Part shown: in pieces, positions 52,001 to 64,000 of the stretch | Layout: every line of letters begins with the position of its first letter | How positions within the stretch are numbered: the first letter of the stretch is position 1 | Assembly (NCBI RefSeq): GCF_009834535.1 | Contig: NC_045697.1 | Location: 74,216,001 to 74,280,000, forward strand | Direction of reading: 5' to 3' | DNA: 64,000 bases | Origin: Camelus ferus | Lineage: Eukaryota | Notes under the pieces: model-generated | Seen by the model: only the letters and a program-made list of their open reading frames with translations | What the model was told of the DNA's origin: nothing | The model's database searches: none | Translations under genes and position numbers: made by a program

Positions 52001-54287
52001 ATTAGAGGTCTTCCATTTTTATCTCATTAATTATCATTTATGTTTTATAGAGGAGGAAACAGATCACACAGCTAATACATGGAGGGACTGGGATTCAAAA
52101 TCAGTTTTCTGACTTTAAGACAGTGTTCTTTTAGAGTTTTCTAAGTCATTAAAATCTCTGATTACATAATCTAAAAGAAAGAAATATATATATACAAACA
52201 GAAAAGTGATATTAGCCAAATTTCTACTAAAATGGGATTTGAACTTATAATCCTAAAAGCTTACTTTTTGGTTTGCCAAAACTGTCTATTCATTCACTGA
52301 GCTAAGAACTGCAGTGGGAATACTATGGTGTACAAGATACACAAAATCCTTGCCCTCATATAACTTAAATTCTAGTGGGAAAAATGAACTACATGTAACA
52401 ACAACAAAAAAAGATAAACACTACTAATATAAAGCCGGCCCCTTTCATCATCACATGCTCAGTTAAAAAACCTTAGACCTCACTTAATGATAGGGAAAAA
52501 TCAAGGACTAGGAGCTACTTGAGGACAAGGAAACTCTAATACCAAATATACCTCTATGAAATACCAAACTGAGTTATACATTACTAGATGAATGCATCTT
52601 ATACCTATGTGCAGATTCTAAATATATATTTATACACACATATAGTCCATATAAAGAGCCATACTCAAAAATTATATTGCTTCCTAAACAAGTTTTCTAA
52701 AGTCCTCTCTGAAGTACTACAAAAAGTAAAATAATTGCTTCTTTTTTCAGCTCTATCCAGCACGTTTTGAGTATGATGGAATAAAATTTTCCATTTCAAG
52801 TGCCAATGTGCTTTAACTTCTTGTAGGTACTGAGGTTCTATTAACTGTTATAGTTGTTGAGCTGAGCTTGTGTCAGGTCATTTTGTCTAGTTTAGTCCAA
52901 ACTGGCCCTGAACTATAAACAAATAATGATGAATATATAAATATATTTTTTGGTTGTTTGACACTAAAGGGGACTTGGGGTTGATGCCAAATTGATATTT
53001 AATCAACAGAAATCCATGTTTCTCAAAGCAAAAACATCTGCAGGCAGATTTTAAACATGTAAATAGATGTTTACTCTACTTTGTAAGTAATAGGATTATC
53101 TCAATCTTGAGTTGTAATTTATCCTGAATAATTTAGTGTCATTATTTAACAGCAGTTTTAAAATACCTTTCCTTAAAAGCAACCAAGCATACTTTAAAAA
53201 GCTTTATCTTCATGGATATCATTTTACAATATATGATATTAAAAAATATAAGGATTAAGGGAAAGAGTTTGAAATGAGAAGTTTATAAAGTGAAGGTTTA
53301 GTAACACATCAAAACTGAAGGAACAAGGCTGCTCAGTCTAGCAAAAGGAGGAATTTGTTGGATTTCTAGTTTCTGGATGAAATGAGGTATTCATGAAGTA
53401 CAAAATAGCTGCTACATTTTGCTGCAACTGGGAGCAATAAACTATTCCTCTGATCCAGAAAGCCTCAAGTCTTCTATCAGAATATATATGTAAAACAATA
53501 GCAGGATAATTGGCTAGCTTGCAAGTAAGGCAACAACTCAGACCCCTGAAACCTGACCCAACGTACACACACATACTTCAAAACAACCTTAAGAATTAGT
53601 CATTATATGGGAACTTCTTTTATACAAATTAACTAAAATTAGGTAAAATGTTGTAATATGTTGGGGCAGTAAAAATAGCCTTTTTTTCATGGTATAGGAA
53701 GAAGCTATCAGTATGTATTCAGAAATTATCCATCCACAAAGACTCTTGGAATGGGCATTTTTTCTCAAGAAATTCTCAGGAATGTGTGTAACCAGGATAA
53801 ATCAAAATTCAACATTTATTAAGTATATACTATGTGCATACGTTACACTGACAATGTAAGGGAAGTGAACAATGCGAGAAAAGTACTGCATTAAAAGGAC
53901 ATGAGAGTTCACAATCTACTGGAAGAGACATATCCCTAAATAACTGATATGAGGTGACTGAAAAAGGTAAAAATATAATTCCGGGTATGAGAAATCAATT
54001 ACAAAAATTTAATTTTGAAAAAGGGGAGACTGAAATTTTTGGGAGGAGAGGGAGAATCAATTGAAATGAAGCTGGGGACTGACACTGAATACCCAGGTGA
54101 TGGGGTGGAGGGAGTAGAAAACTTTATTATTGGGTCATTCCTGCAAGCTTATAAGAATCCTTATTCAGCAGAATCAATTACTGGGATTTTGCTAGAAGAT
54201 AAACTTTTTTTTTTTTTTAATTCACATGTGCTACCAGTCTTCCGCGATTCTGGAAGTTCTCATCAAGAATTAGTCATTCTTGTTGGT

Positions 54288-54392
54288 GGAGGGTGGGTAT
54301 AGCTTGGTGGTAGAGCTCATGCTTAGCATGCACCAGGTCCTGAGTTCAATCCCAGTACCTCCATTAAAAAAAAAAAAAAAAAAAACAAAAAA
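54288..54392 (+). mobile_element. tRNA-Ala-derived SINE (Vic-1-like) with poly(A) tail
   Basis: GGTATAGCTTGGTGGTAGAGC...GAGTTCAATCCCAGTACCTCC plus poly(A); degenerate flanking repeat tagtcattct/tagcattct. Confidence 0.88.
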
Positions 54393-54542
54393 CTAGCATT
54401 CTAATCATTGTTTTCACACACTACAAAAATTGTCAAAATAAAAATGTTAAAACAGATTTAAAACAACAAACATTTCCAAGTTTTGCTAAATAACATTTAG
54501 CTTTTTAAGGTAAGAAATAATAAAAATTTCATTATAAAGATT

Positions 54543-54548
54543 TTTATT
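54543..54548 (-). promoter_or_regulatory. Candidate INTS12 polyadenylation signal (AATAAA)
   Basis: tttatt on + strand about 80 nt past the INTS12 stop; usage not demonstrable from sequence alone. Confidence 0.5.
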
Positions 54549-54629
54549 AAATTATAGTATATTACAGTTTATATCTTAATAAGATTTTAATCTTTAGGGT
54601 AATGTGATATAAAAACCTACTTGGCCATA

Positions 54630-55214
54630 TTACTTCTTGAGTTTCTTTTGGGCGGCCTTCTTCTTGACCATCTGTAATCGCTTCATGGCATTGAGCTGTG
54701 ATTCTTGTGAAGTTGGACCTTTAAGGGATGCTGAGGGCGAGCTGCTCGATTCTGAAGTGGTTTTGTTAGTGGTACTTCCACTAGATCCCGATGTGCCACT
54801 ATTTCCATTCCCACTTAGTTGGCTGCTGCTTCCTGGAACCAAACTACTTGGACTGGGAAGACCTACTTTGCTAACATTGTCACAACTAACTGAGCGACTA
54901 AGGCCAGTTTTGCCCAAAGTTAGAGGTGGAGGTGGTTTCAGTGGTACAGTGGGTGAAGTGCTGTTACTGGAACCTATTTTAGAACCTATTCCACTTTTGG
55001 ATGATGTTGCCAGACCAGTCAAACCCACAGGCTTCTGGTTAGCTGATGAGGTAGCAGGTTTCCCGCTATTGTTTTGGGTTGTTGAATTCAATTTTGCTGT
55101 TGATGGACCAGTAGAAGAAGTTTTGGCTGCAAAAGCTGCCCATCCAGTTAGGCCACTAGTTACTGAAGAGGAAACATTGGTACTAGAAGAATTTCCTGAA
55201 ATAACCGTGGATGT
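54630..55214 (-). CDS. INTS12: INTS12 last coding exon, Ser-rich tail: [10 protein letters not shown]...[11 protein letters not shown]...[18 protein letters not shown]
   Basis: Minus-strand ttttag|ACA acceptor; 585 nt open frame ending in TAA; C-terminus matches recalled INTS12. Confidence 0.96.
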   Translation of the reverse strand, partial: TSTVISGNSSSTNVSSSVTSGLTGWAAFAAKTSSTGPSTAKLNSTTQNNSGKPATSSANQKPVGLTGLATSSKSGIGSKIGSSNSTSPTVPLKPPPPLTLGKTGLSRSVSCDNVSKVGLPSPSSLVPGSSSQLSGNGNSGTSGSSGSTTNKTTSESSSSPSASLKGPTSQESQLNAMKRLQMVKKKAAQKKLKK

Positions 55215-58088
55215 CTAAAAAACATAAGATAAATGTTACATGAGCCAAGTATAATTAACACGTACTATAATATTCTTAAATATATAATAAGTTTAATTAA
55301 GACTTTTTATACAAAAATAATGACTTGGAAAATTTAAATCACACCACCAAAATTAAGTTCTGATGAAATAATCTGAAAAAACATACTCAAAACCTATCCA
55401 TGGCTAACAGGTGCCACCATTTCCAAAGCAGAAATTATGGGATGCCATATTCTTGTTCTAATCATTCCAAAAAATAAATATACAGAATTTCTTTTAGAGG
55501 ATTGCTTCTAGGTTCAGTTACAAGCCATGTTAGAAAAATTAGATTTAATGCTTTAATTTGTTTTTCATCCTAAAAGGTTATTATTTAGCTCAGTAAAACA
55601 TCTAATTCATTAGGCCTTGCATCAAATGACTTGTGGATCATTTCAAAAACAGAATCCACTCTTAATGGACAAAAATGCTCACATCCAGGATATTTAAGAG
55701 ATGTCTGAGATAAAGAGATTATTCAATATTATTTATTGGGTGAATGTATGAGATTTGGAACCTATTTAAAACAAATTCCCCCCAAATTTTGAGCAAACAG
55801 CTATTGCATTGCAAAATATATACAGATGTGCAATGTTAACCGCTTGAAATTGTACAACTCTAGTGATATATTAAAAAGGTCTCAAGATTTAATTTTCACT
55901 ATTTTTCCATATTTCCACTGAAACTATCACAAAGATCCTCGCTTCTGTATACAGGATTTTATCAATTGCCTCATAAGCTGCACAGTGACATTTTGGGTAT
56001 GTTTGACTCACTCCCAGATGTACTTCTTAAAGGACTAACAGTTCAATTTTTCTAATTAACTTCCATGGCCAGTCAAAAGCTAACAGGGATACCAATGTCA
56101 CTATAAAAATATTGTTCTTATTCACACAGGAACAATTTTTTTTCACCTTCACATTAGGGAAAAATTCACTTTGTTCAAATTAATTATGAAATGTATTTCT
56201 CACTGGTACTTTTTCTACCTTCACAGTCTTAAGAATATGTCTTAAATAGGAAAAAAAAAAAAAGTCTTACAAATGGTATATTATTCAAAAACACGGTGGC
56301 TATCATGCCTAAAATATACACAGTTAAATTTTAGAAATGAACTCTGAATGAGTTGATAAAAATGTTTTTAGTTCTTACAAAGTAGCCTTCAATATTGTCT
56401 GCATTAAACATTTTAAACCAATGTGAAAAGTAATGAAAATAGAATGTTTTGAGATCTTTATAAGAGGAGGGTCCAGATTATTTTTCCCATACTCTGAAAA
56501 ATGACAGGATGTTTTTACAGTAACATCATACAAATACTACCTCATAAGGCTATCCAGAGAAGACAAACTTTGCATAAATTACAAATTCCTAGAGGAATGC
56601 ATATAGGTAATGAGAAAAAGTTAGTAAAGGAAGTAAAAGGACACAGGTGTAGTAAACTTTTAATTTTCAGTTATGAAAGATTTAATTTTTTTCCTTTTTT
56701 TTCTACTCAACATAAAACTGCCTACCATCTGGCTAAATGATCTTTCAAAAAACTTCACAAAAGAAAACACATCTGAAGTAATCAAAAAGACCAACACTTA
56801 TGAAGTACCAATGAGAAAGCGAGTTCTGTATCTATGGCATTTTATTTTAATGGCTTGCTGTTACTGCTACTGCTTTTCAACCGAATAACAGATGACTTAC
56901 AATACTATCAGGACGAACACAAACAATGGAGACCAAGTATTTCTTACTGTTTTAGTGTAGGAAATAAATTTCTCAACTGTTCTTAACTTATAAGTTTTTT
57001 TGGACCATTATCCTAGTTAGAAAGCCATTTTATTTGCTTTTTATATATAAATGGTAAAAAATTTTTTATAGTAAAAATTTATTCTATTTTATAATGAAAA
57101 CACCAAAACCTCTTAAATCAGAACAAACATCACAGCCAAGGCCTTAATTTATTTGCTGTAAAATAATTTCATGTTGAATTTCCTAAAAATAAACTTTAGT
57201 AGTAACATGTTAGTATAAAAATCTACCTAAAGTGATTTAAGTATAGAATATAGCAACTCAAATTACTGTCAATAAATTATTCTTACTTCTATTCTAGTTC
57301 ATCAAATTTCTGTCTGACAAATCAATAATAGACATCCTTGGATATTAACTCTTCCCTGGTAAATTAAATTTAAAATGACCTGCAAATAAAATTATCAGTA
57401 TCTTTCTCAGCATACTTTATATGCGTATTTTTTTTTTATCATCACACCAATGTTCCTGATCTTTGCTACTTATAGCCACTTGGAGAAGGTTATATCTTTA
57501 GAGTTTTCTGGGTTTAACCTTTGAGAATTTGGGGCTAACATTTTTTTCTTCCATCTTTAGTATTCTGCTTAAAATTGAAATGTATAACTTAGTAAAAGCA
57601 TTCTTTGGTTATAAAATTAGATTAGAAAAATATTTTATTCCATGATATCAAAATGCCAGAATATTAACAATAATGTAGTGTGATTTCAAGGATGAAAACC
57701 GAGGAATGAGAAATGTGATACTCTCACTAGATAATCTGGCCCCTTAAATAACAAGAGATAGGTACCATGAAACTTCATGATAGTAGAAAAAAATAAGATA
57801 AAGCAAGAAAACTTCTCCACAAGTAGGAAGAAAAAAAGCTATGGGGCCAATCACCACAAGCAACGTGAGGAGCAAATCTGGGGCTACTGAGAGCAAAAGT
57901 ATTTACAATTTAAAACAAATTCCGAACTGAAGAGAAATGTCTGACTACATAGGAATGGTAAAGAATGCTATCTTGGAATGCTCACAAATAGTTCCTAATC
58001 ATGATAAAAGAACAACAGCAGAATTTAAAATTAAATAATTATATACAAATGTTCCCTTTCAACCTAAAGCTAATAGTAATGCAGTCTT

Positions 58089-58278
58089 GGGGGAGGGTAT
58101 AGCTCAAGTGGTAGAGCACATGCTTAGCATGCAGGAGGTCCTGGGTTCAAGACCCAGTACCTTCTCTAAAAACAAATAAACCTAATTACCTCCCTCCCAC
58201 CAACCAACCAACCAACCAACAAAAACCAAATAAAATAAAATGCTGGCTTAAAAAAAAGAAAAGAAACTGTTTAAAAAA
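58089..58278 (+). mobile_element. tRNA-Ala-derived SINE (Vic-1-like) with extended tail and 17-bp target-site duplication
   Basis: aatagtaatgcagtctt occurs at both 58072-58088 and 58279-58295. Confidence 0.93.
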
Positions 58279-58413
58279 AATAGTAATGCAGTCTTAATTT
58301 CCAGCATATGACCATTTACTATATAAAGTTCCTCATTAATTTTTCTTCAAGTAACTATTATTTAGTCAACTAAGTTAAAATCCAATCTTAGAAAAAAATG
58401 GAATGTACTGTAC

Positions 58414-58560
58414 CTTGACTTCTGTTCTCTTAAATGCTAGGAAAGTTGTCTCTTGTTTGAGTTTAGTTTCTGGTTTCTTAACCAAAGGATCTTTGACAGC
58501 TGGAGCTACAGAAACAACCGTGGGGGCTGGTTTCTGTGGTGGTTTCTGAGTTTTTTGAGC
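58414..58560 (-). CDS. INTS12: INTS12 coding exon [16 protein letters not shown]...[10 protein letters not shown]
   Basis: Minus-strand tgcag|GCT acceptor and AAG|gtacag donor; 147 nt, phase 0 to 0. Confidence 0.95.
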
Positions 58561-61500
58561 CTGCAAAAATCAGTGTTAAGATTAAATTAGCTACAAAATC
58601 TTAGTTAAACGCACAAGAAGACAATAAAAATCTATCACGGGACTCCTCATTGAATTGAAATACGGTTGAATATTTAAAAAATATTATGACAACACTGAAA
58701 ATACAGACTTGGAAAAATTATTTTTATCATCATTATATTAATGGTTTTATAGATTTTATTAGTTTCTAAACAGTAAAGATAATAGGAAGCTTTAATTATC
58801 ATGCAGATTAGGGTTGATTAAATACCATTTTAACAAAGCAAAACAAATTGTTTTAAAAAAAGGAAAAATCACAAATTATTTGTTAGCTTCATTCATAAGG
58901 AAGCACATTTATTTCTCATTAGGGCTGGTCAAAGACAGGAGTTTTCTTCTTGGGGTTCAGGCATGTGAATCTCTGAGTAACAGAGGGTGAGTTAAAAGGT
59001 AGTTCAGATCGATTATGTGGTTTTGAACAACTATTTGTGATAAATGATGAACATTTTTGAGGTTTTTCCATAGTGCAGAACTAGTCTCACCGAATATTTA
59101 AAATCCACAAAACACAAAATTCTTTGTTATCAGAGAGGAATTTGTACCCACTATTCCTTTATACACATTTTCAGTTTTATTTTGACCAATAATTGATTTT
59201 TTCCTTTATTTTACAATAGGTACTTTACTAAATTCTAAAGATTTAGAACTCTAATTATTTTTCAGTCTATTCTTAAGTGTTCTCCAGCTACATGATACTA
59301 ACTATATAAACCATATAGTGAGTGCAGTGTTTGAGAGGATAGTTTTTGGAGTCGAACAGGACTAGTAGTAAAACCTAGCTCAACTATTCCCCTAGCTATG
59401 TTACCTCAAGTAAAATACGTAAATCTCTAAAAGCCTCATTCTCATCTGCAAAATGGAGATAAAAGCTTTTGTGTCAAAGGTGGGTTATGAGAATGGATTA
59501 TGATTACATAAGAGTTTAGAATTATATTTGGCACATGTTGAGTGCAAATAATAATAGTTACTATTTATTTATAGAAGATGAAAAAACTGAATCAGAAAGA
59601 ACTCACCCCTACTGGATGGGTAAAGAGGCTCCCAGCTATTTTATTGTCTTCTGACAATCCTAATAAGGCCTTGCAAGACTACATCAGGAAATTTATTAAT
59701 AATGTGTTCTCATTTCTGGAAGTTTGAATGCAGTTGTTTTATCTTTGGACCTTCTCATGTAATCTTCTTGTGCTATGGTTTTCCATTCAATATAATTTCT
59801 GTCCTTAAGTCTCAATTCATCCCATTTTCTGTATTATATACTTTACACATGAAAGTACACCTACTTTCAAACATCACTTATAAAGCAACATTCAGATCAA
59901 GAATATTATTAAGATTGCTAGAAGATACATATGGGAAAATATTTCTAACCACCAAGAAAGATCATCTTACCCTCTACTGCAAAACCATGTTATGAGAATG
60001 TAGCCTTCAGGGTAAATTAGAAACACATGGTTCCATACCTATGGCTTTCAATCTTACACTTCCCTCCACCCACATTGGTAGATGTGCTTAGACTCTGAAG
60101 ACCTACCTAACTTGTATGCTTTAGCAGATGAAAATTCATTACAGTGAAGCCCAGAAAGAACCTCTGGCTAGGAGAAAATGTTTGGATCCTTTTCTGCTTC
60201 CTCTATTTCATCTAGCTATCTTAGAAGCTGAGTAAGAGATACCCCAAACCCTTTGTCCTTTGCTGGTAATACTAGTTTAGGAAACCAGGATATTATCACT
60301 GATTCAGTGTTGCTCAAAAAAGCACTGTAATTTTTCACTGGATGGCTGCCTCAAACAGGATGTAAGAAATTCTCCCACTCAAGTCAATAATTGTCAGTAT
60401 GGCAGCAATCAAAAATACCACGTGTTTGTAAATACTGCTGAGAAGGAATGTGTAACTGCCTTAGGTTGTAAACCACTGCAGTAAGTCATGAGTCTCTCAC
60501 CTAATGCTGGGGCAAAACCCATTACCTGGTAGAGAGAAAATTACAGAATTGAAGAATGACCTTGGACCCTGCCACCCACTATCACAATATTCTTAACTGT
60601 CTTCCCATAATAATGTGTACTGCAGAACCTGCCCTAGTTGGAGACATTAGTACAAGGAGAAAGGGGATATAAGATGCTATCTATAGTATCTTCAAGACAA
60701 CTTGGAGCAATAACCAATGCACCCATGAAAACCCTACTGAAAGCAATTATAGTAGGAATGACTGGATTTAGCATCCCCACTATTTCCAAATTCCTTTTTC
60801 TCATTAACCCGTGTGTTTACTGGATCCTCATCTTCAGGCTCACTTCAGATCATGCCTTTTGGTGTTTCCCCAGGTCCACTCTTGGCGTATTCTTATCATA
60901 TTCTAACATTAGTCATGACTCCCCATTTAGCACTTGACTCTTGGACACAAACTGAATTTACTGGTGCTAATCTACATTTCCTCCATTTTATGTTATTAAA
61001 ATGAGAACAACAGAATGTAGAATATGTCCAGTCCTGAGCTCTGCTCTTGTGCTTTGCCAGTGAATGAGATTTGGTCTTAATGATAAATGAATTAGACATT
61101 TAATTTGTGAAGTTGATAAAGAATAAAAGGTAGCCCAGATGAAGAGAAGTTGAGAAATAGGACATATGGGAACATGAAAGTTCACCACATACTTGGGGAA
61201 TGAACCACTTGGTCTGGCATGACCAGAGTATGTGGGTGTATATGGTGAAGTGGTGGGAAAGAAGGACACAAAGGTAGACTTGGGTCAAAGAGAGAAGGTC
61301 CATACATCTACCCTAATGAGGATAACTTCATTATATAGGTAATTGAGAGCCATGGGGCACACTTAAACAGATAAAGTTAGATAAATATTTTAGAAGAATA
61401 TTCTAATTGTAGTGAGTAAAGTGGACTGAAGGGAAGCAAGGAGACCTTAAGAGGCTAAAGCAAGTGACAAGAAATGGGGGATTTGTAGAACAGGCAATAA

Positions 61501-62928
61501 AAGTGAAACTGGGGAAAAAACTGAGTGGAGAAGAAAACAATTTTAATTTTAAAAATACTAAACTTAAAGTAACTGTAGGGTATCTGGTTAGCTGCCAAAA
61601 TTAACCCCAGAAAGAGGGTTAGAACTATAAATACAGATTTGGTGTAACTAAGTCACAAAATACGCAGGAGGAAAAACTTAGGAGAGAACAGTGTTTATTT
61701 TATTAAGAGACTTACAATAAAATAATAATAAACTTAGAAGATACACCTAAAGAAAGCCAGATTACTGTCACAAATTTCTTATTTTGACTATTATCAATTC
61801 TTAGTGACTACTTGTGTCAATGTCCTGGAATGTACTATTTTGCTCACCTATAATCACTTTGGTTGAGGTCCTGGGGGGGCTAGTTTAAATAACAGACTAG
61901 ATAAAAATCAGATTGAGCAGAAAAAAACTGTACTTTGTCATCAAAATTTCCTGTTACAAAGAGAAAATATAAATACTACTGTTTTACTACTTCTCATGGT
62001 AATAAAAACAATCTATTTCTGATTTAAATGATTAAAAAGTAAAGCAGATATCTTGATTTTTTTTTAACTTTTAACTAAATATTTCTGACTTTAAAAAGAT
62101 ATATTTGGTCAGAAAAAAATTACATAGAAATTCATTTGGTTAATAGATATGAGAACTCTTCTATCAAGAGTCCCTAATCTAAAGAAGGGGAGGGGTCATG
62201 GGAGACACAAACAAGTCACTGAAATAAATAATAACTTGATTTCTTTAAAAGGAAAATGGTACCTGTTCATTTGTTTACTTTTTAAATAAATAAAATTTAG
62301 AAAACTATCCAATATAACAAATTAAAACGTGTTTCAGTATGAAATTCAAGGCAGTTATGTTTGTGAGCAGTAAACTGAGAAAGTGCATGAGAATATAGGA
62401 TAAATGGTCAATGGAAGACAATGAAAAGGAAAGACTGGGGAACAGAGAGAGAAACACAGACAGAAAGACAGAAATGCAGATACAAGCAGTGCCTCTGCAC
62501 ACAGCTTGTAAGTTTGGTGGTTCAAGCTCACTCAAGAAAAGACATTCTAGTACTTCCTTACTGGACTCTTCCCACAGTGTTTTGTAGTATTTTTAAATGT
62601 TTATAAATACATTTATAAATTGTTATAGATGTTTAAATGTCTATAAATACATACTAGTAAGGAATATTCATATTTTGGTGGTCTTCAATCCTTTTTTTTT
62701 TAATATTAGAACAAGCTAAAAGCTGAACACAGAAAAATACATATACATGGTGTGGTCCATTTAGGCACAGATACATAAATCACACATATACACTATGTTC
62801 ACAAACATTTAAATAATCAGCTTATCTAATTTATTTTTATCAATAGCATAAATGCTCAAATTTTTATTTTAAAAAGCACACATCAACAAAAAAACTATTT
62901 GTTTAAAATAGAGAAAAATGATTCCTAC

Positions 62929-63088
62929 CATTCTTTTCATTTGTCTGGTACATCGGGCACAATACCACACAAGGCGAGGGTCATTCACTTCCTTGTCTGT
63001 CACCTGGGGCTTATGGCAATCTTGGTGGTAGAGATTATGGCATTCCTGACATTCTACTAATTGATTACCGGATGCCACTGTCATTTGC
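62929..63088 (-). CDS. INTS12: INTS12 coding exon, PHD finger: [27 protein letters not shown]...[13 protein letters not shown]
   Basis: Minus-strand cttag|G acceptor and ATG|gtagga donor; 160 nt; PHD Cys/His spacing. Confidence 0.96.
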
Positions 63089-64000
63089 CTAAGAAAATAA
63101 ACCATTAAACATTACACTTATTTGAAGGCAATAATTTAAATCCATTTTAGGGTTGTTCTGGTAAATTTTGATATATTAAAGAGGGTAAAAACCCCAGAAA
63201 ACCAAAGAGCAAAATAACAAATCGCAACATGCAGCCTGCATAAACACTTCACTTTTTTTAAAGGTTACGCTCAATTATTCATAAATGTATATAAAGTGAC
63301 TTAGTGAGTAAATTTGGCTATATTTTCCTTGTCATTTCTCATTATAATTTTTTTCTTTCTCTTTGGCTAGGCCTTCAACAGTCTTACAACATCTTCTTTG
63401 TACCTCTGTTAAATTCCTTTATGTTTGTTGCCTACATATTGTTCTATCTTCTTCATTAATAGATGAGCCGCCTAACAGTGGAAACCGGACGGAATTATCC
63501 ATAGTGCCTAGCACACTATGTGCAGACATAGGGTGTTCAAAAAACTAAGTGCCTTATCAGCTGAACAGAACGGAGCAATGTGTATATCAAAAAGTATAAA
63601 TTCTAACAGCAACAGCCTTAGACTCCTGATGGAGGGTTACAATTACTAGTTCTTTCCCTCTTACTATTTTACCATTTATTTCTTTATATAAAAACAATAA
63701 TCCTTATGGAGATAAAAGTTGAAATAAACAAATTTATGTGAAAACAATAATGCTCTAACAAAATGATCCTATTCAGAGGTACATTAACTGATTATTTATA
63801 TGCCTTACAAAAGTTTATAGTTATTTCCTCAGTCCCAATGCACCATAATTTAACATTTTCATGAAGAAATTAGCAACAAAGGTTTCAATTTTCTCTGTTG
63901 TGCTAGGCAAGGAAAGTCATTAACAATTAGAAATATAGCTCCTGACATCAAAGAGTGTGAAATCTAATTATTCTGATTTTTAAAATGAATCTTTCAGTAA

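Noticed and set aside
54637..55218. 193-aa + strand ORF
   Set aside because: It is the antisense shadow of the Ser-rich last exon of INTS12 and has no independent support.
58089..58166. tRNA-Ala(AGC)-like gene with A and B boxes
   Set aside because: It is followed by the SINE tail, flanked by a target-site duplication, and six diverged relatives occur in the window, so it is a SINE rather than a tRNA gene.

Overview
Mammalian genomic DNA, most likely a camelid: seven copies of a tRNA-Ala-derived SINE resembling camelid Vic-1 are present. There is no prokaryotic content and no CRISPR array. The + strand carries 11 coding exons of ARHGEF38 (DH-BAR-SH3-SH3 Rho GEF, probably exons 4-14, 5165-48164). 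The - strand carries the last three coding exons of INTS12 (Integrator subunit 12, PHD finger, 63088-54630). The genes are convergent, with about 6.5 kb between stop codons. All exons were translated by hand and have GT-AG boundaries with compatible phases, with one exception. The ARHGEF38 exon at 23576-23710 has one extra base (AAC CAgT CTG) that shifts the frame and gives a stop at 29158-29160, while all downstream exons remain intact. Two cryptic splice sites could restore the frame. Other points are an 18-nt microexon, a stop codon built into a splice donor, a trimeric SINE, several retro-insertions with readable target-site duplications, nested repeats, a Tigger2-type element with both terminal inverted repeats, and short perfect tandem duplications. 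Orthologue comparisons and repeat subfamily names come from recall, not database searches. I found no convincing previously undescribed biological system.
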